From: Candidatus Eiseniibacteriota bacterium
Lineage (GTDB): Bacteria > Eisenbacteria > RBG-16-71-46
NCBI GenBank assembly: GCA_963717935.1
Contig: CAVQXP010000002.1
Location: 384,001-448,000 of the forward strand
Length of the DNA stretch: 64,000 nt
Reading direction: 5' to 3'
Shown here: piece by piece, positions 23,520 through 35,474 of the stretch
Layout: every line of letters starts with the position of its first letter
Numbering within the stretch: position 1 is the first letter of the stretch
Notes under the pieces: model-generated
The model's input: only the letters and a program-made list of their open reading frames with translations
The model's database searches: none
Told to the model about the DNA's origin: nothing
Made by a program: the position numbers and the translations under genes

Positions 23520-23560
23520 CGCCGCCCGGCCCCGGGTCCGAGACCCGCGGCCGGGCGGCG
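23520..23560 (+). terminator. Hairpin after rpmA
   Basis: CGCCGCCCGGCC...GGCCGGGCGGCG 12-bp outer stem. Confidence 0.55.
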
Positions 23561-23781
23561 TTCGTCCTGGGTGGGCGTGACCGGGCCAGGCCCGCCTCGG
23601 GAGCGCGCGGTCGGCGCCCCGCCTCCGCGCTTCGGCCCCCTTCGGCGGGTGTGCTAGTCTGCCGCTCCGTGCGCAAGCATGGCCCGATCAGCACCCGCGC
23701 CGTCCCGGGGGAGAAGACGCCCGGCGACGGCGTGCCGCGTTTCCAACGGGTGCCGCCGCCGGATCATCCCGGAGCCCGTCC

Positions 23782-24510
23782 GTGACCGACACCGTTCTCG
23801 CCGTCATCCCCGCCCGTTTCGCGGCCACGCGCTTCCCGGGCAAGCCGCTCGCGGTGCTGTGGGGCAAGCCCATGCTCCAGCACGTCTGGGAGCGGGCGCG
23901 TGCGGCGCGCGGCCTCGACGAGCTGCTGATCGCGACCGACGACGAGCGCATCGCCGCGGCGGCGCGCGGCTTCGGCGCCAGGGTCGAGCTGACCTCCTCC
24001 GGTTGCGCGAGTGGCACCGACCGCGTGGCCGAGGTGGCGCGGCGCCGGCCCCGCGCCGGCCTGGTGCTCAACCTGCAGGGCGACGAGCCCGAGCTCGAGA
24101 CCGAAGCGGTCTCGCGGCTGGTCGAGGTGATGCGTGGCGATGCGTCCCTGCGCATGGGGACCGTCGCGCACCACGAGCCCGATGCCGCGCTGCTGGCCCG
24201 GCCGGACGTGGTCAAGGTGGTGGTGGACGCCGCCGGCTTCGCGCTCTACTTTAGCCGCGCGGACGTCGCGGAGGGCTCGCGGGGCGGACCGGCGCTGCGC
24301 CACGCGGGCGTCTACGCCTTCCGCCGCGACCTGCTCCTCGAGTTCGCCTCGTGGCCGCCGGGCCGGCTGGAACAGGCCGAGCGGCTCGAGCAGTTGCGCG
24401 CGCTCGAGCGCGGCGTGCGCATCAAGGTCGTGCCGGGCGAGCGCCCGTTCGCGGGCGTGGACACGCCCGAGCAGTTGCAGACGTTGGAGAGACGCGGGCC
24501 GCGTCCCTGA
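23782..24510 (+). CDS. kdsB: CMP-Kdo synthetase
   Basis: IPARFAATRFPGKPL, SGTDRV, NLQGDEP, ALYFSR, ERLEQLRAL, GVDTPE. Confidence 0.95.
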   Translation: MTDTVLAVIPARFAATRFPGKPLAVLWGKPMLQHVWERARAARGLDELLIATDDERIAAAARGFGARVELTSSGCASGTDRVAEVARRRPRAGLVLNLQGDEPELETEAVSRLVEVMRGDASLRMGTVAHHEPDAALLARPDVVKVVVDAAGFALYFSRADVAEGSRGGPALRHAGVYAFRRDLLLEFASWPPGRLEQAERLEQLRALERGVRIKVVPGERPFAGVDTPEQLQTLERRGPRP

Positions 24511-24555
24511 GGCGCAGCCCTGAGCGGAGACCCTCCGGGAAGGGGAGGCACGGAG

Positions 24556-26275
24556 ATGCCGAAGTACGTCGTGGTCACGGGGGGCGTGGTGTCGTCCCTC
24601 GGCAAGGGGATCGCCGCGGCCTCGCTGGGGTTGCTGCTCAAGGCGCGCGGCCTGCGTGTCACGCTGCAGAAGCTCGACCCCTACCTCAACGTGGACCCCG
24701 GGCACCATGAGCCCGTTCCAGCACGGCGAGGTCTTCGTCACCGACGACGGCGCCGAGACCGACCTGGACCTGGGCCACTACGAGCGCTTCACCAACACCT
24801 CGGTGACCCGCAGCCACAACGTCACGGCCGGCCAGGTCTACGACACCATCCTCTCGAAGGAGCGGCGCGGCGACTACCTGGGCCGCACCGTGCAGGTCAT
24901 CCCCCACGTCACCGACGAGATCAAGCGCCGCATCACGAGCCTGGCGCTCACCTCCCAGGCCGACGTGGCCATCATCGAGATCGGCGGCACGGTGGGCGAC
25001 ATCGAGTCGCTGCCGTTCCTCGAGGCGGTGCGCCAGCTGCGGCTCGAGTTGCGCCGCGACACGCTGTTCGTGCACGTCACGCTGGTGCCCTTCCTGAAGG
25101 TCGCGGGCGAGGTGAAGACCAAGCCCACCCAGCACTCGGTGCGCGAGTTGCGGGAGATCGGCATCCAGCCCGACATCCTGCTGTGCCGCAGCGAGGTGTC
25201 GCTCGACAGCGAGGTGCGCGAGAAGATCGCGCTGTTCTGCAACGTCCCGACCGAGGCGGTCATCGGCGCCACCGACCGGGCGTCGATCTACGAGGTCCCG
25301 CTCATGTTCCACGAGGGCGGACTCGACTCGCTGGTGGTGCAGGGGCTGGGCCTCGACACCGACGCGCCCGACCTCCGGGTCTGGACCGATTTCGTCTCCC
25401 GCGTGCGCGACCCCGAGAAGGAGTGCGAGATCGCGGTGGTCGGCAAGTACACGCACGTGCGCGACGCCTACAAGAGCATCGTGGAGGCCTTCGTCCACGC
25501 CGGGGCCGCCAATCGCGCGCGGGTCCGGGTGCGCTGGGTCGAGGCCGGCGACCTCGAGACGCGCGGGGCCGCGGAGTCGCTCGCCGACGTGGACGGCGTG
25601 CTCGTGCCGGGCGGCTTCGGCGAGCGCGGCATCGAGGGCAAGATCGAGGCGGCGCGCTACGCGCGCGAGCGCGGCATGCCCGTACTTCGGCCTGTGCCTG
25701 GGCATGCAGGTCGCGACCATCGAGTTCGCGCGCCACGTGGTGGGCTGGCAGGAGGCGCACTCCAGCGAGTTCGACCCGCACGCCGCGCAGAAGGTGATCG
25801 ACCTGATGGCCGACCAGGAGGGCATCAGCGAGAAGGGCGGCACGATGCGGCTGGGCTCGTATCGCTGCGCGCTGCAGCCGGGCAGCCTGGCTGCGCGCGC
25901 CTACGGCCGGACCGAGGTCGAGGAACGCCATCGGCACCGCTACGAGTTCAACAACAAGTACGCGGCGCAGCTGCAGTCGCGCGGGCTGGTGCTGTCGGGC
26001 CGCTGCGTGGGGCGCGACCTGGTCGAGATCGTCGAGCTGCCCGACCACCCGTGGTTCCTGGCGGTGCAGTTCCACCCCGAGCTCAAGTCGCGACCCTACG
26101 ATCCACACCCGCTGTTCGTGGACTTCGTGCGCGCCGCCCTGGAGCGCCGGCGCGCGCGGCTGGGCAGCGACGCGCGCGCGCGCGCCGGTGCGCCGGCCGT
26201 GGACGGGATGCAGCGGGGAGAGGCGCCCTCCACGGGCCCGGCGGTGGGCGCGCCGGCGCCGCGCGTGAGGGACGC

Positions 26276-26279
<4 letters not shown>
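24556..26279 (+). CDS. pyrG: CTP synthase (apparent +1 frameshifts near 24700 and 25681)
   Basis: [58 protein letters not shown]. Confidence 0.95.
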
Positions 26280-27624
<1,345 letters not shown>

Positions 27625-27625
<1 letters not shown>

Positions 27626-28601
27626 TGGCGCGCGACCTGATCGAGCTGGCGCGAGAGGTGGTGCGCGGCGAGACCGCGGCGGTCGCCGGGCTCGAGAGCC
27701 GGCTCGGCCCGGAGTTCCTCGCGGCGGTCGAGTGCCTGCACGGCTGCCGCGGCAAGGTGGTGGTCTCGGGTGTGGGCAAGTCCGGGCTGCTCGCCCACAA
27801 GCTCGCGGCCACGCTCACCAGCACCGGCACGCCGGCGGTGTTCCTGCACCCGGCCGACGCCCTGCACGGCGACGCCGGCCTGTTCGCCTCCGGCGATGTC
27901 GCCCTGTTCCTCTCGAAGAGCGGCGCCAGCGACGAGTTGCTGGCGCTGCTGCCCTACCTCGAGCGGCACGGCATCCCGCTCGTGAGCATCGTCGCGACCC
28001 CGGGCTCCGCCCTCGGGCGCAAGAGCGGCGTCTGCCTGGTGACCGGCCCGGTGCGCGAGGTCTGCCCCATGGACCTCACGCCCGACGACCAGCATCACGG
28101 TGGCCCAGGTGATGGGCGATTGTCTCGCCGTGGCGCTGCTCGAGCGGCGCGGTTTCAAGGCCGAGGACTTCCGCTTCCTGCACCCGGGCGGGGTCATCGG
28201 GCGCTCCGCGGCGCGCCGCGTCGAGGAGCTGATGCACGAGGGCGCCGCGCTGCCGCGGGTGGCGGAGAGCGCCCCGCTGCGCGAGGTGATGCTCGAGATC
28301 ATGGACAAGCGGCTCGGCATCACGACCGTGCTGGACGGCGCCGGACGGCTCGCCGGCGTGATCACCGACGGTGATTTCAAGCGCATCCTGCTCAAGCACC
28401 CGGACCCCTGGGACGCTCAGCGCGCGGGAGGTCATGGCCCGCGCGCCGAGCACGACCGGCCGGGACACGCTGGTGGCGGCCGCGGTGCGCCAGATGGAGG
28501 AGCGGCCTGCCGGCCCGATCACCGCGCTGGTCGTGGTGGACGGGGAGGGCATGCCCGTCGGTGTGCTGCACCTGCACGACTGCCTCCGCGCAGGACGTTA
28601 G
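27625..28601 (+). CDS. kdsD: Arabinose-5-phosphate isomerase KpsF/GutQ (SIS + CBS), frameshifted
   Basis: SGVGKSG..K.AAT.TSTGTP, HGDAG, SKSG, HPGG, GVITDGD, LHLHD. Confidence 0.9.
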
Positions 28602-28741
28602 CCCGGACGTCGTCGCGGCGGCCGGGGCGCGGTCCGGCCCGGCCTCGCCAGTCTCCATCCGTCGACGGCGCCGTCACCCCGGCGTCAAGTCCGGGCCCGT
28701 TCGGACCGATAACCCCTCAGGATTTCAACGCGCAGACGCGC

Positions 28742-28785
28742 TGGCACTTGTCGTGCTTGCGACCCGTCCCCCCCTTTGTTAGCGT
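28742..28785 (+). promoter_or_regulatory. Overlapping sigma54 motif and sigma70 promoter upstream of lptC-lptB-rpoN
   Basis: TGGCACTTGTCGTGCT (GG 28743-44, GC 28755-56) abutting TTGCGA (28757-62), 17 bp, then TGn-TAGCGT (28780-85). Confidence 0.6.
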
Positions 28786-28798
28786 GGGCTTCGACGTG

Positions 28799-29434
28799 AT
28801 GAACCGGGCACCTTTGATCCCCAGGGGGCGTTGGTCCCCCCGCTTCCGTGGTCTCCCTCCGGGGGCCCGAAGCCTCGTGGCGTTGGCGCTGCTGCTGCTC
28901 GTCGTCGCGGGCTGCGGCACCGAGCGCTCCAGCGTGCCCTCGCGGGCCGCCGGCGAGCTGCCGGACCAGGAGGTGAGCGATTTCGCCCTCACCGAGACCG
29001 ACCAGGGTGCCCCGCAGTGGAAGCTCTATGCCCGCTACGCGGCCACCTACAACGCCCGCAACGTCATCGTCGCCCGCGCCGTCCGCGTGGACTTCTTCGA
29101 CGAGCAGGGCGCCCAGTCCTCCGAGCTCACCGCGCGCGAGGGCGAGATCCAGCTGCAGACGCGCGACATGACGGCGCGCGGCAACGTGGTCCTGCAGACG
29201 CGCGAGGGCACGCGCATGTCCACGCAGGAGATTCGTTTCCTGAACCGCGAGCAGAGGATCGTCTCTCCGCTCGAGCAGATGGTGCGGGTGGAGCGCGCGG
29301 GTGACGTGCTCACCGGCTACGGCTTCGAGAGCGATCCCGGGCTCAAGCACTTCGAGTTCAAGCGCAAGGTGGAGGCGACGGTGCAGACGCGCTCGGGCGG
29401 CGGAGTCTCCGAGCGCAAGAGCGGTGCCCGGTGA
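28799..29434 (+). CDS. lptC: LPS export protein LptC (start uncertain)
   Basis: Hydrophobic N-term/lipobox VAGC, PDQE...., W.L.A..A, VDFFD, LTA..G, GNV, LTGYGFESD; context between kdsD and lptB. Confidence 0.8.
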   Translation: MNRAPLIPRGRWSPRFRGLPPGARSLVALALLLLVVAGCGTERSSVPSRAAGELPDQEVSDFALTETDQGAPQWKLYARYAATYNARNVIVARAVRVDFFDEQGAQSSELTAREGEIQLQTRDMTARGNVVLQTREGTRMSTQEIRFLNREQRIVSPLEQMVRVERAGDVLTGYGFESDPGLKHFEFKRKVEATVQTRSGGGVSERKSGAR

Positions 29435-30243
29435 GCGGTGACGGCGACCGCCGGCCCGCCCTGGACCCGCCGAACGAGGGTGCCCGTGCCCCGGACGTCC
29501 CGGTGGCGCCGCCGGGCCCGGCCGAGGGCCTGGTAGCCAGCGGGCTCGAGCGCTACTACGGGCGCTGGCGCGTCGTGGACGACGTGACCTTCCACGTGCG
29601 CCGCGGCGAGGTCGTGGGGCTGCTCGGACCGAACGGGGCCGGCAAGACCACGTCCTTCTACATGATCGTGGGCTTGCTCCGGCCGAGCCGGGGGCGCATC
29701 CTGCTCGAGGGCCGCGACGTCACCGACGAACCCGTCTACCGGAGGGCGCGGCTCGGGCTCGGCTACCTCGCGCAGGAATCGAGCATCTTCCGCCGCCTGA
29801 CGGTCAGCGACAACGTGATGGCCGTGCTGGAGACCATGCCCCTCACCAAGGCCGAGCGCGAGGCGCGGCTGAAGCTGCTGCTGGAGGAGTTGAACCTCAC
29901 GCACCTGGCGGGCCGCATGGCCACGAAGCTCTCGGGCGGCGAGCGCCGCCGCGTGGAGATCACGCGGGCGCTGGCGCGGCAGCCGTCCTACATGCTGCTC
30001 GACGAGCCCTTCGTCGGCATCGACCCCATCGCGGTCGCGGAGATCCAGGACATCGTGGGTCGCCTGCGCCAGCGAGGGCTCGGAGTGCTCATCACCGACC
30101 ACAACGTGCGCGAGACGCTGCGGATCACCGACCGCGCGTACATCATGTACGAGGGCCGTATCCTCCTGCAGGGAACCTCGCAGGAGCTGGCCAGCGACTC
30201 GAGAGCGCGTGAGATCTACCTGGGCGACCGATTCAGTCTCTGA
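29431..30243 (+). CDS. lptB: LPS export ABC transporter ATPase
   Basis: GLLGPNGAGKTTSFYM, GYLAQESSIFR, LSGGERRRVEI, LDEPF, TDHNVRETL, YLG..F. Confidence 0.96.
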   Translation: MSGDGDRRPALDPPNEGARAPDVPVAPPGPAEGLVASGLERYYGRWRVVDDVTFHVRRGEVVGLLGPNGAGKTTSFYMIVGLLRPSRGRILLEGRDVTDEPVYRRARLGLGYLAQESSIFRRLTVSDNVMAVLETMPLTKAEREARLKLLLEELNLTHLAGRMATKLSGGERRRVEITRALARQPSYMLLDEPFVGIDPIAVAEIQDIVGRLRQRGLGVLITDHNVRETLRITDRAYIMYEGRILLQGTSQELASDSRAREIYLGDRFSL

Positions 30244-30273
30244 CGCCAGCCGCCGCACGGAGCCAATCCCATC

Positions 30274-31707
30274 ATGGAAATGAAACCTTCGCTGAACCTG
30301 AGCCTGCGGCCGGCCCTCATCATGACGCCGCGCCTGCAGCAGGCGCTCAAGCTGCTGCAGGTGCCGACGCTCGAGCTTCAGCAGATCCTCAAGCAGGAGA
30401 TGATCCAGAACCCGCTGCTCGAGGAGGTGGACGAGGTCACGGAGAGCGAGGACCTCGCCAAGGAGGACTCTCCCGAGGAGAAGGCCAACGAAGAGGCGGA
30501 GGACCCGACCGAGGAAGATCCCATCGACTGGTCGGATTACATGCAGGACGGGGCGCTCGACCGGGTCTACGTGCCCCAGCAGGAGACCTCGGTGGAGTTC
30601 CTCGAGAAGGTGCCGGTCACGCGCACCTCGCTGGCCGAGAGCCTGCTCGAGCAGCTCCACTTCCTGGCGCTCTCGCCGCGCGACCTGATGCTCGCGGAGT
30701 TCCTGGTCGGCTCGCTGGACGAGCGCGGCTGGCTGGCGACCCCGCTCGATGAGGTGGCGCAGTCCACGGGCCAGCCGCTCGAGCTCTGCGAGCGGATCCT
30801 GAAGGTCATCCAGGCGCTCGAGCCGGTCGGGGTGGGAGCGCGCGACCTGCGGGAGTGCCTGCTCATCCAGCTCGAGGCGCGCAACGAGCGCGATACGCTG
30901 CCGTGGAAGCTCATCCACGACCAGTTCGACAACCTGGTGAACCGGCGCTTCCCCGAGATCGCGCGCCAGCTCAAGTGCACGTCCGAGGAGGTGCAGGCGG
31001 GGGCCGACGCCATCGCCACGCTGAACCCCAAGCCGGGGCTCCAGGTCTCGAGCGAGGATCCCAGGTACGTGGTGCCCGACCTGGTCGTCGAGCGCGTGAA
31101 CGACGAGTACCTCGTCATGCTCAACGACCGGCACCTGCCCCGGTTGCGCATCTCCGCGGCCTACGAAGGCGTGATGCGCGGCAAGAAGAAGTCGGAGTGC
31201 ACCGTCGGCGAGGTCAAGACCCGCGAGTACATCCAGGGCAAGCTGAACTCGGCGCGCTGGCTCATCCAGACCATCGAGCAGCGGCGCCGCACCATGATCA
31301 AGGTGATGAACTGCATCATCCGCGAGCAGCGGGAGTTCTTCGACAAGGGGATCGCGTTCCTGCGGCCGCTCACGCTCCAGCAGGTCGCCCGGCAGATCGA
31401 CATGCACGAGTCCACGGTGAGCCGCGTCTGCAGCGCGAAGTACGTGCAGACGCCGCGCGGCGTGTTCGAGCTCAAGTTCTTCTTCTCGAGCGGGCTCGAG
31501 ACCGAGGACGGCGAGGACGTGTCGGCCCGGACGGCCCGTGACATCATCAAGACCCTCATCGACGAGGAGGTCAAGACCGAGCCGCTGTCCGACCAGCGCA
31601 TCGCCGAGCTCCTGCACGAGACGGGGCTCAAGATCGCCCGGCGGACGGTGGCCAAGTACCGGGAACAGCTCAGCATCCTGCCGGCGCGGTTCCGCCGGCG
31701 CGTGTGA
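30274..31707 (+). CDS. rpoN: RNA polymerase sigma-54 factor
   Basis: MTPRLQQALKLLQ, NPLLE, GARDLRECLLIQ, HESTVSR, RpoN box ARRTVAKYRE. Confidence 0.97.
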   Translation: MEMKPSLNLSLRPALIMTPRLQQALKLLQVPTLELQQILKQEMIQNPLLEEVDEVTESEDLAKEDSPEEKANEEAEDPTEEDPIDWSDYMQDGALDRVYVPQQETSVEFLEKVPVTRTSLAESLLEQLHFLALSPRDLMLAEFLVGSLDERGWLATPLDEVAQSTGQPLELCERILKVIQALEPVGVGARDLRECLLIQLEARNERDTLPWKLIHDQFDNLVNRRFPEIARQLKCTSEEVQAGADAIATLNPKPGLQVSSEDPRYVVPDLVVERVNDEYLVMLNDRHLPRLRISAAYEGVMRGKKKSECTVGEVKTREYIQGKLNSARWLIQTIEQRRRTMIKVMNCIIREQREFFDKGIAFLRPLTLQQVARQIDMHESTVSRVCSAKYVQTPRGVFELKFFFSSGLETEDGEDVSARTARDIIKTLIDEEVKTEPLSDQRIAELLHETGLKIARRTVAKYREQLSILPARFRRRV

Positions 31708-31737
31708 CATTCGTCCTGGAAGGGGAAGGATCCCGCC

Positions 31738-32124
31738 ATGCAGATCAGCACGACCGCTCGCCACTGCGAGCTCGATGCCCAGGTCCGCGAATTCGCGCTG
31801 CAGCGTCTGACGAAGCTCGAACGCTTCGCCCGTGACATCCAGGAGGCGCACCTCGTCGTCACCGTCGAGAAATTCCGCCACTCGGCCGAGATCACCCTGC
31901 GGATCAAACACCACGAGATGGTGAGCCGCGAGGAGGCGGACTCCAGCAAGGTGGCCATCGACCAGGCCGCCCACCGGCTGGAGCAGCAGCTCCGCCGGCT
32001 CAAGGACAAGCGCACCGCGCACAAGGGGGCCGTCCACGAGCTGCCCGGGACCGCCGGCGGCAGCGACGAGGCGGAGCCCGAGTTCGACCAGGAGCCGGAC
32101 CTCCGGTCTGGCACGGAGGACTAG
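31738..32124 (+). CDS. hpf: Ribosome hibernation factor HPF/RaiA
   Basis: MQISTTARH....., AID...RLEQQLRRLKDK; follows rpoN. Confidence 0.88.
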   Translation: MQISTTARHCELDAQVREFALQRLTKLERFARDIQEAHLVVTVEKFRHSAEITLRIKHHEMVSREEADSSKVAIDQAAHRLEQQLRRLKDKRTAHKGAVHELPGTAGGSDEAEPEFDQEPDLRSGTED

Positions 32125-32131
32125 GATCGCC

Positions 32132-33103
32132 GTGGAATCCATCAGCCCGACCCGTCTCTACGAGGACCAGAAGGAGGAGCTCCACCTGGAGATCCTCACC
32201 GAGTCGCTGGCCTCGCGCCGCGAGATCACCGTGAGCGACACGAATCGCCCGGGCATGGCGCTCATGGGATTCGTCGAGAACTTCCTGTCCGAGCGGATCC
32301 AGATCCTGGCGCAGACCGAGTTCGCGTACCTCGCGACGCTGCCCGAGGCGAAGATGCGCGAGGCGGTGGACCGGCTGTTCCAGTTCTCGATCCCGCTCAT
32401 CGTGGTCTGCAAGGCCCTCAACGTGCCGCCCTACCTGGTCCGGCGGGCGAACGAGTGCCAGGTGCCGGTGATGCGCACGCCGGAGAGCACGACGCCGTTC
32501 ATCCACAGCCTGACGCTCTACCTGGACCACATGTTCGCGCCGGTGACGTCGGTCCATGCCTCGCTCGTGGACGTCTACGGCTGCGGACTGCTGTTCACCG
32601 GGCAGAGCGGGATCGGCAAGTCGGAGACCGCGCTCGACCTGGTCGAGCGCGGCCACCGGCTGGTGGCCGACGACATCGTGACCATCACCCGGCGCCACGG
32701 AGGCGTGCTGGTCGGCGGCGGGAACCAGCTGCTGCGCCACCACATGGAGATCCGGGGGCTGGGCATCATCGACGTGCAGTCGATCTTCGGCATCCGCTCG
32801 ATCCGCTTGCAGAAGCGGGTCGAGGTGGAGGTGCAGCTCAGGGAGTGGTCGAACGAGGAGAGCTACGAGCGCGTCGGGATCGACGAGCGCAAGACCGAGA
32901 TCCTGGGCGTGCCCATCCCGCACGTCGTGGTCCCGATCGTCCCGGGGAAGAACATCACGGTGATCGCCGAGGCCCTGGCGCTCAACTACCTGGTCAAGGT
33001 CTACGGCGGCTACTCGCCGGCCGACCGGCTCAACCAGCACCTGATCGAACACATGAAGCGCAAGAGCGCCGCGCGCGCCTGGGTGCGCGAGGACACGGAG
33101 TGA
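32132..33103 (+). CDS. hprK: HPr(Ser) kinase/phosphatase
   Basis: NRPGMAL.G, GQSGIGKSETALDLVERGHRLVADD, HHMEIRGLGIIDV, PGKN. Confidence 0.96.
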   Translation: MESISPTRLYEDQKEELHLEILTESLASRREITVSDTNRPGMALMGFVENFLSERIQILAQTEFAYLATLPEAKMREAVDRLFQFSIPLIVVCKALNVPPYLVRRANECQVPVMRTPESTTPFIHSLTLYLDHMFAPVTSVHASLVDVYGCGLLFTGQSGIGKSETALDLVERGHRLVADDIVTITRRHGGVLVGGGNQLLRHHMEIRGLGIIDVQSIFGIRSIRLQKRVEVEVQLREWSNEESYERVGIDERKTEILGVPIPHVVVPIVPGKNITVIAEALALNYLVKVYGGYSPADRLNQHLIEHMKRKSAARAWVREDTE

Positions 33104-33495
33104 GCCGCATCCCGGCGCTGCTCGTGACGCACGCGGACCTGGGGGCGGCGCTGCTGCGCGCCGCCCAGCAGATCTACGGGCCGGTCACGGACGTCGATTT
33201 CCTCTCGAACTCCGAGCTCTCGCGGACCGATCTCGAGAACGCCATCCGGGAGCGCGTCTCGGGCTGGGCCCACGGCGGGCTCGTGCTCACCGACTTCCCG
33301 GGCGGCTCGTGCCAGCAGTGCGGCCTGCTGGCCGCGCGGGACAACGCCGAGATCGTGGTGGTCACCGGGGTGAACCTGCCGGGCCTGCTCGACTACCTGC
33401 ACAACCGCGAGCACTACCCCGCCGCCGAACTGGCCGAGCGCCTCATGACCCGGGCGCGGAACAGCGTGTGCGTGCAGCACGCCCGGCCCGAATGA
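33100..33495 (+). CDS. PTS mannose/fructose-type EIIA
   Basis: LLVTHADLG, LVLTDFPGGS, VVTGVNLP. Confidence 0.85.
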   Translation: MSRIPALLVTHADLGAALLRAAQQIYGPVTDVDFLSNSELSRTDLENAIRERVSGWAHGGLVLTDFPGGSCQQCGLLAARDNAEIVVVTGVNLPGLLDYLHNREHYPAAELAERLMTRARNSVCVQHARPE

Positions 33496-33977
33496 GCTGG
33501 CTGAACCAGCGGGTGGACGACCGGCTCATCCACGGCCAGGTCGTGGTCGCCTGGGGTTCGGCGCTGCGCCCCGCGCGGCTCTACGTGGTGGACGACCAGG
33601 CGGCGGCGAGCCCCTGGGAGCGCGACCTGCTCGTCTCGGCCGCGCCGGGCACCGAGGTGCGCGTGCTCACCGTGGTCGAGGCCGCGGCCGCCTGGGAGGC
33701 CGAGCGGAGCGCGCCGGGCGGGGCGATGCTCGTGCTGCGGGACCTGCGCACCGCGCGCGTCCTGGTCGAGTCGGGGGCCGCGGTGCCCGCCTTCACCCTG
33801 GGGGGGCTGCACTACGCCCCGGGCAAGGACAAGATCGCCGAGTACGTCTACCTGGACGATGCCGACCGCGAGGACGCGCGCGCGCTGCTGCGGCGCGGGG
33901 TGAAGCTCGAGGTCCAGGACGTGCCGGCCACGCGACCGCAGGCCCTGATGGCTCTGGACCCGACCATCGCGCCGTGA
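33492..33977 (+). CDS. PTS mannose-type EIIB
   Basis: RVDDRLIHGQVVVAW, LGGLH, VYLD..D, QDVP. Confidence 0.9.
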   Translation: MSWLNQRVDDRLIHGQVVVAWGSALRPARLYVVDDQAAASPWERDLLVSAAPGTEVRVLTVVEAAAAWEAERSAPGGAMLVLRDLRTARVLVESGAAVPAFTLGGLHYAPGKDKIAEYVYLDDADREDARALLRRGVKLEVQDVPATRPQALMALDPTIAP

Positions 33978-34681
33978 GCCTCCGGGTCTTCGCCACCCTG
34001 CTGCTGGGGGGCGTGGCCGTGCTGGACGCCACGCCCGTCGCCCAGACGCTGCTCTCGCAGCCGCTCGTGACCGCCACGCTGCTGGGCGCGCTCTGGGGCG
34101 AGTGGCGCGTGGCGCTCGAGGTGGGCGTGGTGCTGCAGATCCTGGCGGCGAGCACGCTGCCGATCGGCGCGCGCACCCCCGAGGACTACGCCTCGGGCGG
34201 GGTGGTGGGCGCGGGCGTGGCGCTGGCCATCGTCTCGCGGCAGCACTTCCTCATGCTGGACGACGCCGCGGCGCTGGTGGGCGTGCTCGCCGGGCTCGTC
34301 ACCGCGACCCTGGGCGTGCCGCTCATCAAGTGGCAGCGGCGGCGCAACGAGGGCCTGAGCCGCTGGTGCGAGGCCGAGGTGCGGCGCGGTGATGCGGGCG
34401 CCATCGGCGCCGCGCAGCGCGCGGGCGCTGTCCTGGCGTTCGCGGTCGGTGTAGGGTACTGCGCCGTCTGCCTGGCGCTCGGGGTGTGGCTCCTGGGTCC
34501 CCTGGCGGGACGCCATTCGCTGCGGCTTGCCCGCGCCTGGTCGCTGGCGCAGCCGCTGTGGATCGGGCTCGGCCTCGCCCAGCTGCTCCAGGCGTTCGTG
34601 CAGCGGCGGCTCACTCGGACGGCGCTGTTCGCGATGGCGATGCTGGGGGCCTGGCTGCTCCTCATGGTGACGGGGCGCTGA
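33974..34681 (+). CDS. PTS mannose-type EIIC
   Basis: LD..AQ.LLSQPLV...L.G...G, PIGA.TPED; multi-TM; operon context. Confidence 0.8.
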   Translation: MSLRVFATLLLGGVAVLDATPVAQTLLSQPLVTATLLGALWGEWRVALEVGVVLQILAASTLPIGARTPEDYASGGVVGAGVALAIVSRQHFLMLDDAAALVGVLAGLVTATLGVPLIKWQRRRNEGLSRWCEAEVRRGDAGAIGAAQRAGAVLAFAVGVGYCAVCLALGVWLLGPLAGRHSLRLARAWSLAQPLWIGLGLAQLLQAFVQRRLTRTALFAMAMLGAWLLLMVTGR

Positions 34682-35430
34682 TGGGTAGACTGAAGAATCG
34701 GGATCTCTGGCGCATGGCGGCGCGCAGCCTGTTCCTGCAGGCCACGTTCAATTACGAACGCCAGCAGGGCCTGGGCTGGGCGTGGGCGCTGCAGCCGGCG
34801 CTGGAGCGCCTCTACCCCGACCCGGCCGAGTACCGGGAGCGCCTGGCCGAGCACACCGCCTACTTCAACACCCAGCCCACGCTGGCCTCGCTCGCGCTCG
34901 GCGCGGTGGCCGGGCTGGAGGAGAGCCGCGCGGCGGGCGAGGGGCCCGACGCCGCGGCCGTGGCGCGCATCAAGAGCGTGCTCGGCTCCTCGCTCGCCGC
35001 CCTCGGGGACCGGCTCTTCTGGCTCACGCTGCGGCCCTTCGCCGCCTGCCTCGGGGTGCTCGTGGCGCTCGGTGGCTCGTGGGGGGGGGCGGTCGCGCTC
35101 TGGGTGTGCTACAACCTGTTCCACCTCGGGGTCCGCTTCCTCGGGGTGGGCTGGGGATACAGGGCGGGGACCGCGGTGCTGGACCTGGCGCAGCGGCGGC
35201 GCTTCGAGCGCCTGACCGGGTACATCGCCCTGCTGGGCACGATGCTCACGGGCGTGACGACGGCCTGGCTGCTGGTGCCCGCCGGCGAGCCCCGCCCGCT
35301 CGTGTTCCAGGCCGTGTTCGCGGCGGGGCTGGGACTGGGGCTGGTGGCCGCCGCGCGGCCGCGGCCCTCGCCGACCGAGTGGGCGCTGGGCGTGGGCGCG
35401 CTGTGCGTGGCCGCCACGTGGTTCCGGTAG
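34681..35430 (+). CDS. PTS mannose-type EIID
   Basis: LQATFNYERQQGLG, YFNTQP, LAALGDRLFW.TLRP. Confidence 0.9.
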   Translation: MGRLKNRDLWRMAARSLFLQATFNYERQQGLGWAWALQPALERLYPDPAEYRERLAEHTAYFNTQPTLASLALGAVAGLEESRAAGEGPDAAAVARIKSVLGSSLAALGDRLFWLTLRPFAACLGVLVALGGSWGGAVALWVCYNLFHLGVRFLGVGWGYRAGTAVLDLAQRRRFERLTGYIALLGTMLTGVTTAWLLVPAGEPRPLVFQAVFAAGLGLGLVAAARPRPSPTEWALGVGALCVAATWFR

Positions 35431-35474
35431 GCCGTGATGAACGTACCGGGGTGGATCCGCCAGGGGAGCCGAGC

